Positions 32,401-49,925 of a DNA stretch of 64,000 nt are shown one piece after another. The DNA is from Lama glama (lineage: Eukaryota). The notes beneath the pieces are model-generated. The model did not search any database and had not been told where the DNA came from. It saw only the letters and a list, made by a program, of their open reading frames with translations. The position numbers and the translations under genes are program-made. The stretch covers positions 68,014,001-68,078,000 of the forward strand of contig CM052841.1 of NCBI GenBank assembly GCA_028534125.1, written 5' to 3'. Position 1 is the stretch's first letter. The number at the start of each line of letters is the position of its first letter.

Positions 32401-35400
32401 CGGGCGTTTTCAGTGCATCCAGCCCTCGCAGACATGTGCCGCACCCTCCACCCAGTCCTTCCCTTGGGACCCTGGGTGTCCCTCTGCATTGCTCTAAGGA
32501 TCCCTTTAACTTTTTATCCAAGTACAATGTACACAGAGATTGCAAGGAAAGCCCCCCTGGTGTGGGTGCGGGGCGGCAACCGACAGCCCCTCGCATCGCA
32601 TGTGGGACCACAGGACATCCCACTGTTGGAAGCTGTGCTGAGGCGCACGTGAGGGCCGAGCCCCAAAGCTGAGGCGCGTGCGCACCCCGGCTGGTCCCGG
32701 AGACGCAGGAAGGCAGTTTTCAGCAAGCACTGAGGCCTCTTAAACCTCAGGGGCACCTGTGTGACCAGGGCGCTGTCCCTGGGTGGTCTGCTCACAGCAC
32801 AGCATCTGCCCTTGGAGCCCCACGGAGTGGCTGGGGCATCATGCTGGCCGCCTGGGCAACACCGGGAGCTCCGAACTCTTGCAGCTCAGCCCCATGAGCC
32901 CTTGTTGGTCAGAGGCTGGCTGAATGGGACCACAAGGCTGAAGGGGCAGCCCTCCGTGGTGACGTTCCTTGCTCAGGGGTCTGCTTCCTTCCTGCAGCGG
33001 GAGACGCTGCTGCGGCAGCTGGAGACAAACCAGCTGGACATCGACGCCACGCTGGAGGAGCTGTCGGTGCAGCAGGAGACGGAGGACCAGAACTACGACA
33101 TGTACGTCGGCCTCAGGGGCCTGCCCTTGGAGGTTAGACCTGCAGGCAGGGCTCTGCCGGAAAGGTGGCAAGTGTGCCCTGGGGGCCAGGCTGGAGGTCC
33201 TGAGCCTGGGCCTGTGCCTAGCCGGGGAGCAGTGGGAATGCCGCCCCGCCCGGGTAGATCCCTCTATTGGGATGAGTCGTGCTGCTTAAAGAGGTCTGGT
33301 TGTTTCAGCCTTGGATGTGGCCCCCACCCCATGGGAGGGGAGGGGGTGAGGGTGGCCCTCGCTGTGCGCCCTGCCTGCAGCCCTTCCTTGAGAAGCAGAT
33401 CCTGGGTTCCTGCTGACTCTCCCTGAGGATGGGGGCAGGGCAGACCCCCAGGTCCCGCTACCCCTGCCCACTGAGCGCTTTGCTGCTGTGATTGGGTGTA
33501 ACTGGGGCACAGTGAGACCCTCAGGCCACCAGAAACAGTTTTGCAGCCGCTGCCCCCAGGCAGCCACCTGGCTGGGGGTGGGGGTGCGGGCACGTGGGCC
33601 CGGTGCAGACACTGACACTCCGATTGCCTGCCTCCAACCATCCTCTGTCCAGACCAGCCTCGCCTGCTGGCCACCCGGCATGTGGTGCAGGGAGCTGCTG
33701 ACCCAAGCCGTATGTCCACCCGAGGCCCCAGCTAGGCCAGCTGCCCTGACATTTTCCAGCCGAGGCCTCATCCCTATTTTGACCGCAGTTTCCCGGACTG
33801 ACGCCAGTGTAGAGACCTCCAGGACCTTGGGAGGAAGCTAAACCTCTGGTCCTTGGCAGGAGGGAGGGAGTGAGGGCGCGTTGTCCTGGCTGCGCCTGCA
33901 CACTTCCAGCAGGACTCCCGGAGCAGGTGGCAGCCCGTCTGTGCCGCAGCTCCTAGCAGAAGCACTCACTTGTAGGGGGAAGTTATAACCCCGAACTACC
34001 GTTAAAAACAGGTGTTTCCTTTGTTCTGTTGAATTACCTAGATGTCAGAGCTGAGGGTGGGGGCAAGCTGCTTCCCTACCTGTGCTCCTGGCCTGGGGCC
34101 CAGCCAGGCAGGGCCTTCGGGTCTCCCCAGAGCCAGCTTCAGCTGTTGGTTCTGGAACAGTGAGAGAGGGAGCGGCAGGAGTCACTCTGGGGGAGGGTGT
34201 TTTCAGCCACTCCGGCTGCCAGGATGGCCCTGGCGGGGTACCAGGTCTCTGCCTGAGACCTTGGATACCTGGTGCCACTGAGCACATGGTCCCTGGGGAG
34301 ATGGCAGGGACCTCTCGAGGCTCGCCTGCCCATAGCCAGCCTCCAGGGGCCAGGCCACTGGAAGAAGGCAGTGCTGCTGGGGACTCGGCAGGGGTGTTGC
34401 CATGATCCACACTTACAAGGTCTCCATTCCAGAACTTGTTTGAAAGCTCCCTTCAGGCCTAGGTAACAAATGGGGGCAAAGCCTGCCACACACACGCACA
34501 CACCTCCCCCCTCCCCTCCCAGGACACCCTTTCTTCGTGTTGCCAGTGCCTGTGCCTAAAAAGCAGCCAGGACACCCAGCCGTTCTGCATGTGCACGGTC
34601 ACTCCCCAGCCAGCCGGTCTGCGTGTGCACGGTCACCCCAGACGGAGGTGCCCCCGGGCTTGCCATGGGGCTTGTTCCCTGCCAGCCTGTGCTGGGAAAC
34701 CTTGAAGGGCAGGCAGAGGCCTTTGGTTGTGGGGAAGGGCTCTGAGCCTGAGGGCAGGGACCTCATCACCATCAGCACCCCAACAGAAGCCTCCGAGGAG
34801 CCGCAGAGGAAGAGATGCAGGGAAGGCGGCTTTCTCACCCCTTGCCCTGTTTCCCCTCAGCTTCCTCGAGATGATGGAGGCACGCAGCCGTGGCCACGTG
34901 TCCCCGCTGGCCACCAACGGGCAGAGCCCGTCCTCGGGCTCCCAGTCCCCTGTGGTGCCTCCAAGTGCAGTGTCCACGGGGAGCTCCAGTCCCAGCACAC
35001 CCCAGCCGGCACCACAGCCGCCCGTCCACGCCCCCTCGGCCTGCCCATCACCCCCATCCCCCTCGGAGGCCCCACTGCCCCCCGCACACCCCGTGGCCCC
35101 TGCCCCACCTCCACGGCGCAGCATTATCTCGCGGCTGTTTGGGACCACGCCAGCCGCCGAGGCAGCCCCTCTGCCCCCAGGTAGGCCCTGGGAGCAGCCC
35201 TGGGAGGTGAGTGCAGGCATCCCAGGTGGGGAGTGGCACTGCGTCCCTGGTCCCAGAGCCTTCGTGGACTGGGAAGGGGTCCCCCTTCTTGCTCCTGGGT
35301 GAGCAGCCCCACACCACCCTGCTCACGGCCCAGCCCTGTGAGCTCCCCCTGGGACCGCCCGGCTTCGGTGGGCACTGAGCGAGTGCTGGTGTCTGGTCCA

Positions 35401-38400
35401 CAGAGCCAGTCCCAGCTGCAGAGGCCCCAGCAAGAGTCCAGAACGTGGAGGATTTTATTCCTGAAGATGGCCTTGACCACAGCTTCCTGGAGGACACAGG
35501 CCCCCTGAAGGACGAGAAGAAAGCGGGAGCCAAGGCCCCACCAGACAGCGACAGGTCAGGGCAGGGCCTCGGCTGCGGGCCCTGCTGCCTCTCCTGGTGT
35601 TGGGCAAGCAGAGCGGGCAGGCGTCCCGCAGCCCAGCACTGCCTCCGGGCCCTGGGAGCAAAAGCAGGGCTGGGGGAGCTGGGGAGCTGAAGGAAGGCTT
35701 GGACGGGGGACATCAGCTGGCCCGGGACTGCCAGCCATGGGCCGGGCCTCGAGGTTCTGCGAGCCTGACGCCTGCGAGGGGGGCAGGGATCCCAGCCACA
35801 GTCTGACTGCAGTTCAGAGAAACGTCAGGCCAGCCCAGGACACGGCGGTCTGCTCGCAGCTCCGGGGCGTGGGGACTCGGTCCCGCTGCCTGTGGGCTGC
35901 CTGTCAGCACTCTTCCCCCCCCCCACCCCGAGGTCTCAGGCTGCTGCCACTTGAGAGCCTGGCAAGGTGAGGGCAGGAGCCCCAGGGCCAGGTTTTCTCT
36001 CCAGGGGGTGGCCAGTCAGGGCGGGAGAGAGCTTTAGGCCTGGAGTCTGGTGTCAGTTCCTGGGCCTGCTGGCCCCCCGCCTGCACACTCTCCCTGCACA
36101 GCCAGGCCCCGGTCAGCCCTGCTCCACGCATCCCCGTCCTCACCGTCTCTCTAGAGATGCACCGTGCTCCTCCCCCAGAGCCCATCACCACCCGTGGGGC
36201 CCACACCCTTCACCCCACCACCCTGCAGGATGGCACCCACTTCAGATGTCCACACCAGTGGGTGTCTCTATCCCTCTCCTTGGCCCCACTTCATGCCTCC
36301 TCCCCCACTCACCTCTGTGCTGCAGCTCTGCTGCTGCGACTGGGGGGGTCCGTCCCCAGGACCACCCTCAAATGGGGTCCCCCTTCGCTGTGACCAGATG
36401 AACGTGAGTACCCAGGGCGGAGGCAGCCCCACATTTGGTGCCAGAGGTGCCAGAGGTCAGGATAGGCATTCTGTCACCTCCTCGTGACCTCTGCCCACCC
36501 TGCACTCCTTTGCAGTGATGAGGAGGCCCCAGGCGGAAACCCCATGGTAGCAGGTTTCCAGGATGACGTGGACCTTGAAGACCAGCCCCCAGGCAGGCTC
36601 CAGCCGCCCATGGGCTCCCTCCCTAGGGAACACATTGCTCTGTCCAGTGAGGAGGAAGCAGAGGAGGAGGCGGGGCACCCCAAGGCCACTGTGCTGGCCC
36701 CCAAGAAGTGCTCTGAGCCAGAGACCAAACCGTAAGTTGGGGGTCAGGCAAGGGGTACCCTGGGGGCAGAGGGCTGGGCTCGTGACCCCCGTTTGTCCTG
36801 CAGGTCCTCCACCAAGGCTTCGAGGCCACACAGGGGCACAGCTCCCAGGGCTGCAGAGCCCCGCTGGCCAGGTGGCACCGAAGCCCCCACCGAGGGCACC
36901 TCCCGAGGGCGCGAGGAGGGGAAGGACCAGCAGGTGGCATCGTCAGAGAGTGACCCTGAAGGGCCCATCGCCGCCCAGATGCTTTCCTTTGTCATGGATG
37001 ACCCTGACTTTGAGAGCGACTCAGATGCCCAGCGGAGAGTGGTGAGGACCAACCTTGGTGCCCACTGTCTCAAAGCCCAGTAAAAGTGTCGGGGGCAGAA
37101 AGTGAAAGTATGAGAATGCAGTGGGGGTCTCGCAGAGCTAAAGTTGAAGTCAGCCTGTGTGACCCCAGAGGGGCTCTGTATGCCAGGCCAAGCCTATCAC
37201 CTTGGCGTCACCATGGTGTCACAGCCGCCACGCTCAGGCCATCATCACTCTAGACGGGTTCATGACGGTGCTCAGCACCTGCTGGAGAAACAAGGGGGCT
37301 GCCCTGAGGGGTCCAGAGACAGCTGCTGGGGGCATGGCGGCCAACCTGCCTGCTCCTCCTTTCAGGGTGAGTTCCCAGTGCGAGAGGACCTCTCAGATGT
37401 GACGGACGAGGAAGGCAGCCCTGCCCAGCCACCCCTGCCCCTAAAGGCCCCCGTCCCCTCCTTCAGACTGAAGAATGACTCAGATCTCTTCGGGTTGGGG
37501 CTGGAGGAGACAGGCCCCAAGGAGAGCAGCGAGGAAGGTAGCCGAGGCGGGACACCTGCCCTCCTCCCTCCCTCCCCGTCCTGCTGCGGGGGGCGCGTTG
37601 CTTACCCCTTACCTGTCCCGTAGTGCCTGGGGCCCCAGAGCACAGGAGCGAGGCCAGAAGCCCCGTCCCAGGCTTTCCTCAGTCCTGTCTGGGGTCCAGC
37701 TGTGTTCAGATGACATCCCAGACTCCCGGGGTTACAAGGCTGCAGGCCAGGACCAGGCTGAAGGATGGGCAGCTGGGGGCTGCTGTCGTAGTGGCCATGC
37801 AGGAGGCATTTGGGGGCGTGGGCAATGCTGCCACAAGCTGGCTGAGAGCCCCTCTGTGCTCTCAGGCCGGGCCTGCGTTTGTGGTCCTCCATGGAAGAAG
37901 CTGGCGTGGTCTCCAGGCCTGATGAGCACATGTGGCTTGTGTGGCCCTGGCCAGCTCCATGGCTCCCTGGCCCCACCCCCGCCTCCACCTTGGGCTGCTT
38001 GAGCCCAGCAGTGTCACCTGGAGCATGTACTGGAACTTCCTCGTCCCCGTGATGGAGAGAAGGGGACCTTCCCAGGCTTGTCCTGGTGCTGAAGTGCCTG
38101 CCTGTCTTCAGGAGGGGCCCCGTGGCCTTTGTAGCCCCACCCAGGCCCAGGGCAGAGGCCTCTGCCGGCCCGCCCACTGCAGGCTGGAGCCCAGGCCTCC
38201 CCTCCCACACCAGTCCAGAGGCCTGGGGGGGACCTGGCTTCCCACACAGGGAGCTGACATTGCTCTTACCCGTGTAGATAAAGAGGGCAAGCCTCCCTCG
38301 AAGGAGAAGAAGAAGAAGAAGAAGAAGAGCAGAGAGGTACCTGTGCTCCCCCGAGCCCTCGCCGGGGACGCCCGGCCGCGTGGGGTGCAGGGCCGGCCGT

Positions 38401-38639
38401 CTTCCCGACACCCGCGTGACTCTGCGCTGTACCCCTCCCACCACCAGGAGGAAGAAAAGGCCGCAAAGAAGAAGAGCAAGCACAAGAGGAGCAAGGACAA
38501 GACGGAGGGCAGGGAGGAGCGGCGGCGACGGCGGCCGCGGGGCCAGGAGAGGACGGCGGTGGACGAGCTGGAGGCCTTCCTGGGGGGCGGAGCCCCGGGC
38601 AGCCACCTGCGCGGGGGTGGCGACTACGAGGAGCTCTAG
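16850..38639 (+). CDS. RABL6: Rab-like protein 6 (RBEL1/PARF), 718 aa
   Basis: Exons 16850-16979, 25086-25220, 26720-26767, 27320-27372, 28142-28233, 30107-30247, 30765-30870, 32998-33101, 34861-35180, 35404-35554, 36516-36731, 36804-37041, 37366-37537, 38278-38336, 38448-38639 (2157 nt). [20 protein letters not shown]...; P-loop GDRNTGKT; Pro-rich middle; poly-Lys tail; ends GGDYEEL*. Confidence 0.96.
19225..19360 (-). mobile_element. L2 LINE 3' fragment
   Basis: ttcatttacttagcaaatatttattgagtgacc...gccttgtggagcttgcattc, typical of the L2 3' end. Confidence 0.7.
20070..20182 (-). mobile_element. 5'-truncated younger L1 3' end (artiodactyl-type)
   Basis: tttattgagttatagtcagtttacaatgttgtgtcaacttttggtgtacagcacaatgctcagtcatacat...attctttttca. 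Confidence 0.7.
20200..22680 (+). mobile_element. Highly decayed L1M ORF1/ORF2 relic in RABL6 intron 1
   Basis: A-rich plus strand; RT-region resemblance at 22400-22660 (aaggagaaaagcatgatctca...taaaattcaac...agcaaagtaggaa...aagggcatct). Boundaries approximate. Confidence 0.6.
31424..32321. other. 500-N assembly gap flanked by a 199-bp exact duplication
   Basis: N run 31623-32122; 31424-31622 is identical to 32123-32321. Confidence 0.95.
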
Positions 38640-39086
38640 GCCTGGCCACCTGGGGCGACACGCCCACTCCGTGTGTGCTGGGGGCGCTGGGCCTGCAGGC
38701 TCTACGGGCAGCTGGCCCCCAGCGCTTCTCAGGGATGGGACTGAGGCCAGGGAGGCCTGAGGCTGTGTACAGGGGCGGGGCGCTGTCCTCGTCACCCGCC
38801 CACCCCTGCTTGCCGCTGGCCGCACACGCTCGCCCAGGCCTGCTGCATGCGGGTGGCCTCCGCTTGCTGCTGTGGCTCGGCCAGGGCTGCAGACCGGCAG
38901 CCCCCCCCCCGGACCCTCGGGGCACCTGCGTGCAGACACTGAGCAGCGCTGGCGCCTTTCCTGGGGGAGGGTCTTCCCGGAACCGGTGTCCAGCTTTGCA
39001 TCTGCACCTGAGCTTGGGCACATGCACAGGCCGAGCTGGGAGCCCCTCCACACTCGTTTCCTTCCGTTCTCCTTCAACACTCGGAC

Positions 39087-39092
39087 CATAAA
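39087..39092 (+). terminator. RABL6: Probable variant RABL6 polyadenylation signal (CATAAA)
   Basis: No AATAAA/ATTAAA seen between the stop codon and the AJM1 promoter; CATAAA is followed by U/GU-rich gttttactgcgcgtctgtgtgtg. Confidence 0.5.
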
Positions 39093-40289
39093 GCTCTCCT
39101 GTTTTACTGCGCGTCTGTGTGTGCTCCCTGCTGCTGGGGCCCCGCCTGCGTGGGAGGTCCGCTGCCCCCTAGCCCCAGGCATGTGGGTAGACAGGAAGGC
39201 CCTTGAGCTCCCTGCCTTCGGGCCACAGATCCCTTCTCTGAGGGGTGACTATCCTCGCAGGTAGGAGGCCTTAAGCAGTCCAGTCCCCTCACATGCCATA
39301 TGCCATCCAGCCTGGCCCAGCCCTCTGAGGCCAGGTGTGCGACCCTGCTCTGCTGGCCTCTGGCAGGGCCTGACCTGTCCCAGCCACCTCTCTGCTCCTA
39401 CCTGACACCCAGTCCAGCAGGCACCCCCCCCAGCTGCCAGCAGGGCCCTACCCGACCCCCCATCCATAGGTGCTGTGAGAACTACCCCCTCCGAGGGCAG
39501 GCTGACTGCCAGCAGGGCTGAGAGATGGGCTGGTGGCCAGGCCTCCACCCCCGCGTCCCGGAAGCCTCCTCTTCCCTAATTCCTGTGCCTAGAGAGCCCA
39601 CACTGGGGGCAGCAGGGTGGCACTCAACGGGCAGGTGCTAGGGGTCAGGCACCACACTGATACCTAGGGCACTCCCTTTAGTCCACAGCCTGTGAGGTCA
39701 ACTATCCTTGCCCCCCCCCCCCAGTGTGGCGACCAGACCGACCTGAAATGAATTTACCAGGCCGCTCATCTAATGGGCCTCCAGTGCTCAGGTCCCGCCC
39801 TTTGGAGCCTCCCTGCCCAGCTAGTGTCTCCTGGCTCAGCACCTTGTTTGGGAGGGGACTGGAGGAAGGGTGTTGCTGTGCAGTTTGAGTGAGCCACGTG
39901 CAGACCGGCTGACGTTGGATGCAGGGAGCACAGAAACGTGCCCTTGCTCGCTAGAAGCTGAGCATCCCAGGGACAGGTGGCTGCTGGCATGCAGGCCGGG
40001 CCCGTCTGGCCCGTTACCTGGGGAGTGTTTGGCACTTCCAACACTGAAGCACAGAGGCCAGCAGGGCGGGAAGCAGCCCATCTGCTCCTGCCTGGGCTGA
40101 GCCCAGGCGTGAATTCCGGGAGCGGTCCGCAACGCGAGCCGGGGCTTGGTCCTCCTCCAGGGTCCTGCTCCAAGGCTGGCCAGGCCGCCAGCTGCCCTGG
40201 AGCAGCTGTCTTGGAGGTGGGGGCTGGTAGGACAGGTCGGGTGCTCCCTGGACACAGGTCCCCCTAGTTACACCCAGGCCTGAACCTTG

Positions 40290-40730
40290 TGCGTGAAAAG
40301 AGCCTGTCACCCAGCGCCCAGCACAGCCCGAACCTGCCGCCAGCGGGCCACACGGGTCAGGCCCACGGCGCGGCCCCTTTAAGTGCAGTCCTGCCGGCTG
40401 CCATCGGGGGCAGCACCGAGCAGCCCGGCGGCCTCGCGCCGCTGCCTCGAAGCTTCTGCCGGTGCCGGGGACGCGGCGAAGTGGGGGACGGCGGAGCGCG
40501 CGCCGGCCTGAGCAGCCCACCGGGCGCGGTGGGGATCACCGTCCAGGTAAGGGGTCCGGGGCAGTTGCCCATCGCATCCTTCGCGGGTGGGGCACCCGCA
40601 GGGATGCGGGTGCTGCCCCGAGAGGACGCGGGCAGGTCCGCACCCGGGAGCTGCCGGGGCCAGGGACGGCCTGCGCGGCAGGGAAGGCCACCCGCGGGGC
40701 TCATTAGGCCCAGGACCCCGGCGCGGGTGG
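40290..40730 (+). promoter_or_regulatory. AJM1: AJM1 CpG-island promoter and non-coding exon 1
   Basis: CpG island; TATA-like TTTAAG at 40378-40383; strong donor CAG|GTAAGG at 40546/40547. Confidence 0.6.
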
Positions 40731-42242
40731 ACCTTCCCATCCCATCCCCACGGGAAGGGGTGTCGCCCAGTCTAGCTCCTCACCGCAGCAGCATCAAGGC
40801 CGGGCTGTCACCTCCCTGGGGCGGAGCCTCAAGCCCTGTCATCCAGCCCCCAATTCCGGCCTGGCTTTGAGCTTAGGATGGAAGTGGGTGGGAGGGTGAT
40901 GGTCCTGGGAACCAGGAATAGTTGAGGGGATAGGCTGGGAACTGGAATGGGGACAGACACTGGGCCAGGGTGGCCCTGATTGGGCAGGGCAGCCCTGCCA
41001 GCAGGAAGCCCCTTGCACACCTGGGACACGGAGGATCATCCAGACCAGAGGTCCTGCCAGCTGAGGGTCCAGCTCTCCACTTTCCCCATCTCACCCTGGA
41101 GCATGCTCCCCTAGACGGTGGGAGGGACAGGGGACCCTGCTTCCACTGACTGAGCCCCCCTCCCCAGCCTCTCCAGGCTCCTGGCATCACAGAGAAGCTG
41201 GTGGTCCAAGTCTGAATGTGAGCCTGGCTGGGACGAGCGGATCCCAGCCCAGCCCGCAGGCGGGGGCGTGGAACCTCAGGTTTCCATGGAGCCTTCCCGA
41301 GCTTCTGTGGGGAGGGCCTTCCTGGGAATCAGGGGTGGGCTGCGGGGGCTTTACCCGCCCACTGCCCTGCTTCCCCTGCTGGCAGACTCCTGGCCTGGTG
41401 CACTGCTCAGGGAACCAGGGGCAGCCTTGAGCTCCGGCTCACACGCCCCCACGTGGTCCTACAGCCGGGTTCTGGTTTCCGGCTGTAGTGCACCGGCTGC
41501 AAAGCTGAGAGGGTCTCTCCTTGGGGTTTGTCATGATAGCCCTAAAAAGCTTGGTGGATTTCAACCACCCCAAGATGAGTCAGAGAATGTTTCTGCAAAT
41601 GAAAGGGGGGCATGAGGGCCCAGGTATGATCTTCGGATGCATTCTGGACCGGGCCACATGGAGAGTTGAGAGTAGGGCAGGCAAGTCTGTGAGCTTAGAT
41701 GCCATGTCTGGACCTGATGGGGCCACCTCAGGGCCCCCTGGGGCCTCAGGACTGGGGCTTGACACAGTGTGGGAGAGGATTCCACGCCCAGCCTGGTCAG
41801 CAGGTAGAGGGGAGGCTCGGGTGACTGAGCAGAGCTGATAAGGGTAGAGCCTGGGGCTGCCCTCAGACTGCACCATTGGAGGGAGGGCTCACTCTGCACT
41901 GGGTGCCTGGAGGGGGCTTCGGTCACCTACAGGCTTTATGGAGCCAACACCTATAAAGAAATCTGTAAAGGTCCCAGATGAGCAGTCATTCCAGCTGTGG
42001 GTACCACAGTGGTGGTCCTGGGACCACACTCCCACTCTTCCTCCCAGAAAGATGTCTACCTACACCTGCCCAGTGGTCACTAGTGGGTGCAGGAGCTCGG
42101 AAACCACTGCAGTGACATCCCCTTTCTGGCTCACCTGCCTCATCCCAGCAGAAACTGGCCCAGAAAGGATGGTCTGGATACGGGGGCAGGATCTGAGTGG
42201 CTGGACAGCTGGGTTCCTCCTGCAGGTGCTTCTGACGCCGGC

Positions 42243-45364
<3,122 letters not shown>

Positions 45365-45383
45365 ACCCGGGGGCGCGTCCTGG

Positions 45384-45495
45384 CCCCGCCCAGTCCACCC
45401 AGAGCCCACCCTGAACCCCATCCAGTCCACCTGAGCCCCGCCCAGTCCACCTAGGGCCCACCCACCGAACCCCACCCAGTCCATCCAGAACCCTG
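45384..45495 (+). repeat. Degenerate CCAGTCCA(C) minisatellite in the AJM1 3' UTR
   Basis: Four CCAGTCCA cores with GAGCCC/GAACCC-type spacers just after the stop codon. Confidence 0.75.
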
Positions 45496-47459
45496 CCTCT
45501 GCCACGCCTTGAGTCCCCCAGGCCCCGCCCATGTCCCGCCCCTTTGCGTTCTCCACAGGCCCCGCCTTTCCCTCCCCGCCCTCGTCTATTATTCCGCACC
45601 CCGCCAAGCCTCGCCCAAGCTTTCCTTTCTCCCTAAGCTCGCCCTCGGGCCTCCCCAGAGGCCGGTCCTCGGCCGCTTGGTGCTTCCCGCTGGGAGGCGG
45701 GGTGGGTCTGAGGACCGCTCCGCCCCGCCTTCACGCAGAGGGGTCACTACTGCAGACCCCACCGCACACATCCGGTTCGTCCGTCCCCTGTCCATCTGCA
45801 GGGCCTCCCTGGAACTTTCCCAACCCTGGCTCGCCCTGGTCCAGGAGCCCGTGTTGACCAAAGCCTCATCCCGTCCCTTTAAACTCACCCTCCCACCCGC
45901 CTCCCGTGGTCTGGAATGCGTCCTGCTCAGAGGCCTTTCCTCTCTAGAGGACACCCTGATTGGCCTCCGTATGTTCGCGTCACGAGCATGCTCCAGCCTG
46001 GTGGGCCGGGCCGGCGTGTAACCGCGGTTTGTTTCTCCCGGCCCCCGCTGTGCCAGACCTTGAGCACGCACATTGACGGCGCTACCCGCCCTGCTGCAGG
46101 GTTTGGGGCTAGCGGCAGTGAAGGGGTACTCGGCATGGGAGGGTCTTCAGCCAAGGCACAAGACACGCCGCCAGAAGGAAGGGGTTCCTGGGCGGGGGAA
46201 GCACAGGGTATGTGTAGGGGCGCCGGCCAGTGCTGAGACCTGGTGGGCGAGCAAACGGCAGCGCAGGCCCTAACCTCACAGGGAGACAGGAAGCAGGTGA
46301 AGGATGGATGAGCGGGAGGGGCTGAGGAAGCCGTCCAGGAGAGCCTCTATTCTCTGGAGTAGAGAGGACAAAAGAGGAGGGGCGTTCCCAGTTTGGAACC
46401 GGGAGGAGGAAGCGTAGATGGGAACAGGCGAGGGAGCGAGCTAGTCCGCCAGGGCGATGGTCCATCCGGAGAGATGGGGGCATGATTGCATAAACACCCC
46501 CGTGCGCGCGCCCGCGCGACCTGGCCGCGCTCTGTGGTGAGGGCTGGACACGCGAGGCTTGCAGCCAGGTTCCAGTTCCCTGGAGCGCAAGTTCCGGTGT
46601 CCCTCGTATCCCGCCCTCCCCCGGGGTGCGCTCCAAATATGGTTAGTGACCTGCAGAGGGGGTGAGGCCAGGCGCCCGCCAGGGCCCTCCTGTAGCCCCC
46701 AAACCCCCATCGGGGCCAAGTGGGGCACCATTTAAATTTAATTGCGGACGTCCCCCCAATCACCTGCCTCCTTTCCCGGTCCTCGCCCCCGACTGCACCC
46801 GTGCCCATCTCCCCTCATCCCTTCCCCAACACGCCCGCGCGCCTGCCTCGGCTCCGCGCATTTGCACAGGCCAACGTGCCCCGCTTGCCCCACTGGCCTT
46901 CGCGGCCTCCCAAACCTGGCCGCTGCGCCCCCTCGCCCCTGGGCCTCGGCCTTCCTCCCCACGCCTGAGGGCCGGCGGTCCAGGAAGGATCCTGGACCGG
47001 GATTACTTCCAGAGGGCGAGCGCTTTCGAACCAAGGAAAATAGAACTCGAATGTAGCCAGTGCTGCCTCGTTCATTGTGCAGAGTGGGTGGGATGCAGGA
47101 TGCAGTGCTTCGGAAACGGGGGAGACCATGGAATAATGGCGGAGAGACAGGGGAGATCTTCGGACACAATGGGGGAAGGGGGAGGGAGGAAAGTCATAGG
47201 ACAGCACGGGGCTGCGGGGGAGAGCGAGGGACTCGGACACAGCGCGGGGGCCCGGGAGGGAGGCCATGGGACAGCGTGGGGGGTATGGGAAGGGAGGCCT
47301 TCGGTAACGGTAGAGGGGACCAGGGCCGGCGCGCGTTCCCTCGGGCATCACGGGCCGCCGAGCCCCCTCCAAAGGGGCCTGTCATCCACTCCCGACCCCA
47401 CTGGTAAGGAACTTAAACTCGGTTACATTGAACCATCACCTACTCCTGCTGCCACGTTC

Positions 47460-47684
47460 TCCTTTAAATGGGGCCGGCGTGGTGTTGGGCTGCAAAGAGC
47501 TGGATTGCGATTGGCCAGTCCGTGCTGCGCGTTGGCGGCACGATTGGCTGAGGCGCTGGGCCCGGGCAGCATGTCCCGACGGGATTGGTCAAGAGCCTCG
47601 AGGCTCCGCCCTCCACGCTGACGTGCACCCCGGGGTCGCGATGGGAAGGGCCACAGGCCTCAGGGGCGGGCGCCCTCCGGGAAC
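47460..47684 (+). promoter_or_regulatory. PHPT1: PHPT1 promoter with three inverted CCAAT boxes
   Basis: ATTGG at 47510-47514, 47543-47547 and 47584-47588; GC box near 47663; CpG island. Confidence 0.75.
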
Positions 47685-48930
<1,246 letters not shown>

Positions 48931-49069
48931 GGCCCACCGGAGGCCTGCCGCCTCCAGGACCCTCTCAGAACTCTGCCCTCGAGGCCCCTTCCAAGGAGCT
49001 GGACTGCAGCCCCTGACATTTTGCCACCCTGGCTAGGCCTTGGTGCCCGGGATTACCTCTCCAGGGAAC

Positions 49070-49075
49070 ATTAAA
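49070..49075 (+). terminator. PHPT1: PHPT1 polyadenylation signal
   Basis: ATTAAA followed by a GT/T-rich downstream element (ggtgtgtgtctgggtttttctgtt). Confidence 0.8.
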
Positions 49076-49824
49076 AGCATCATCACCTCTGCTGGTCCCC
49101 AGATGGTGTGTGTCTGGGTTTTTCTGTTCCTAGGTTACCTCTGAACTCCTGACGAGAGTAGGTGGGTAGTTGAGAGCCAGAGGCAGCCTTGGGGGCACAG
49201 GTCACTCCTGGCTGCTCCTTACCTGGCTCCACCTCTGGGCCCAGGGAGGGGCAGTGCACACTCAGCCCTTTGGGGTCTGATAAGGGGCCCCCGGGTTGCT
49301 GCCCCCGTTTATGGCCTGATTGCTGTTCCATGCACCTGCTCTCCCCAAGGACATCTGGGAGGAGGCCTGATGAGCCCTTACGCAAGGAGCTAGGGCCGAG
49401 TCCCTTGGGGCGGTGAGGCGGGGGCCCATCCCAACGTGTGGGGAGCGCAGGCACCAGCACCACCGTCCTGGCTGCCTCATGTCAGCATCCACGTGTGGTC
49501 TGCCCGCTGAGGTCACAAGTGAAGTGGTGCACGACCTCTTGATTCCCAGATCAGGTCCCGCGGCCCCTACCCTGGAGTCACAGACTCCCACTCGGAATGA
49601 ACGGCAGGACTGCAGACTTGGAGCTGGAACTCCCAGGAGCCTGTTCCCCTTTTCTTGGCCGTGAGGAGTAGAGGTGGCATGTGGGGAGGGCAGGACCAGG
49701 CACGGCTGTCCCTGTGGCTCACCATGAGCGTGGGTGCCCCTTGCTGAGGCTGCGATCACATTGTGCCAGCCTCCTGTGAGCTCCCAGGGGCTTTGTAGGG
49801 GCCTCCCCAGACAGGCACTCTTGG

Positions 49825-49925
49825 GACCACATTTTACAGATGAGGAAACCGAGGCTCAGGTGAGATGAGCTCGCTTGGCCACACGGTGGTAAACTGTGGA
49901 CAGAGCCTGGCTCTGAATCCTCCAC
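49825..49925 (-). mobile_element. MIR fragment
   Basis: cattttacagatgaggaaaccgaggctcag core. Confidence 0.8.

Noticed and set aside
37602-39182. 526-aa minus-strand ORF
   Set aside because: Antisense to RABL6 exons 14-15 and the 3' UTR in very GC-rich DNA; low-complexity product with no domain; the poly-Leu run mirrors the AAG repeat.
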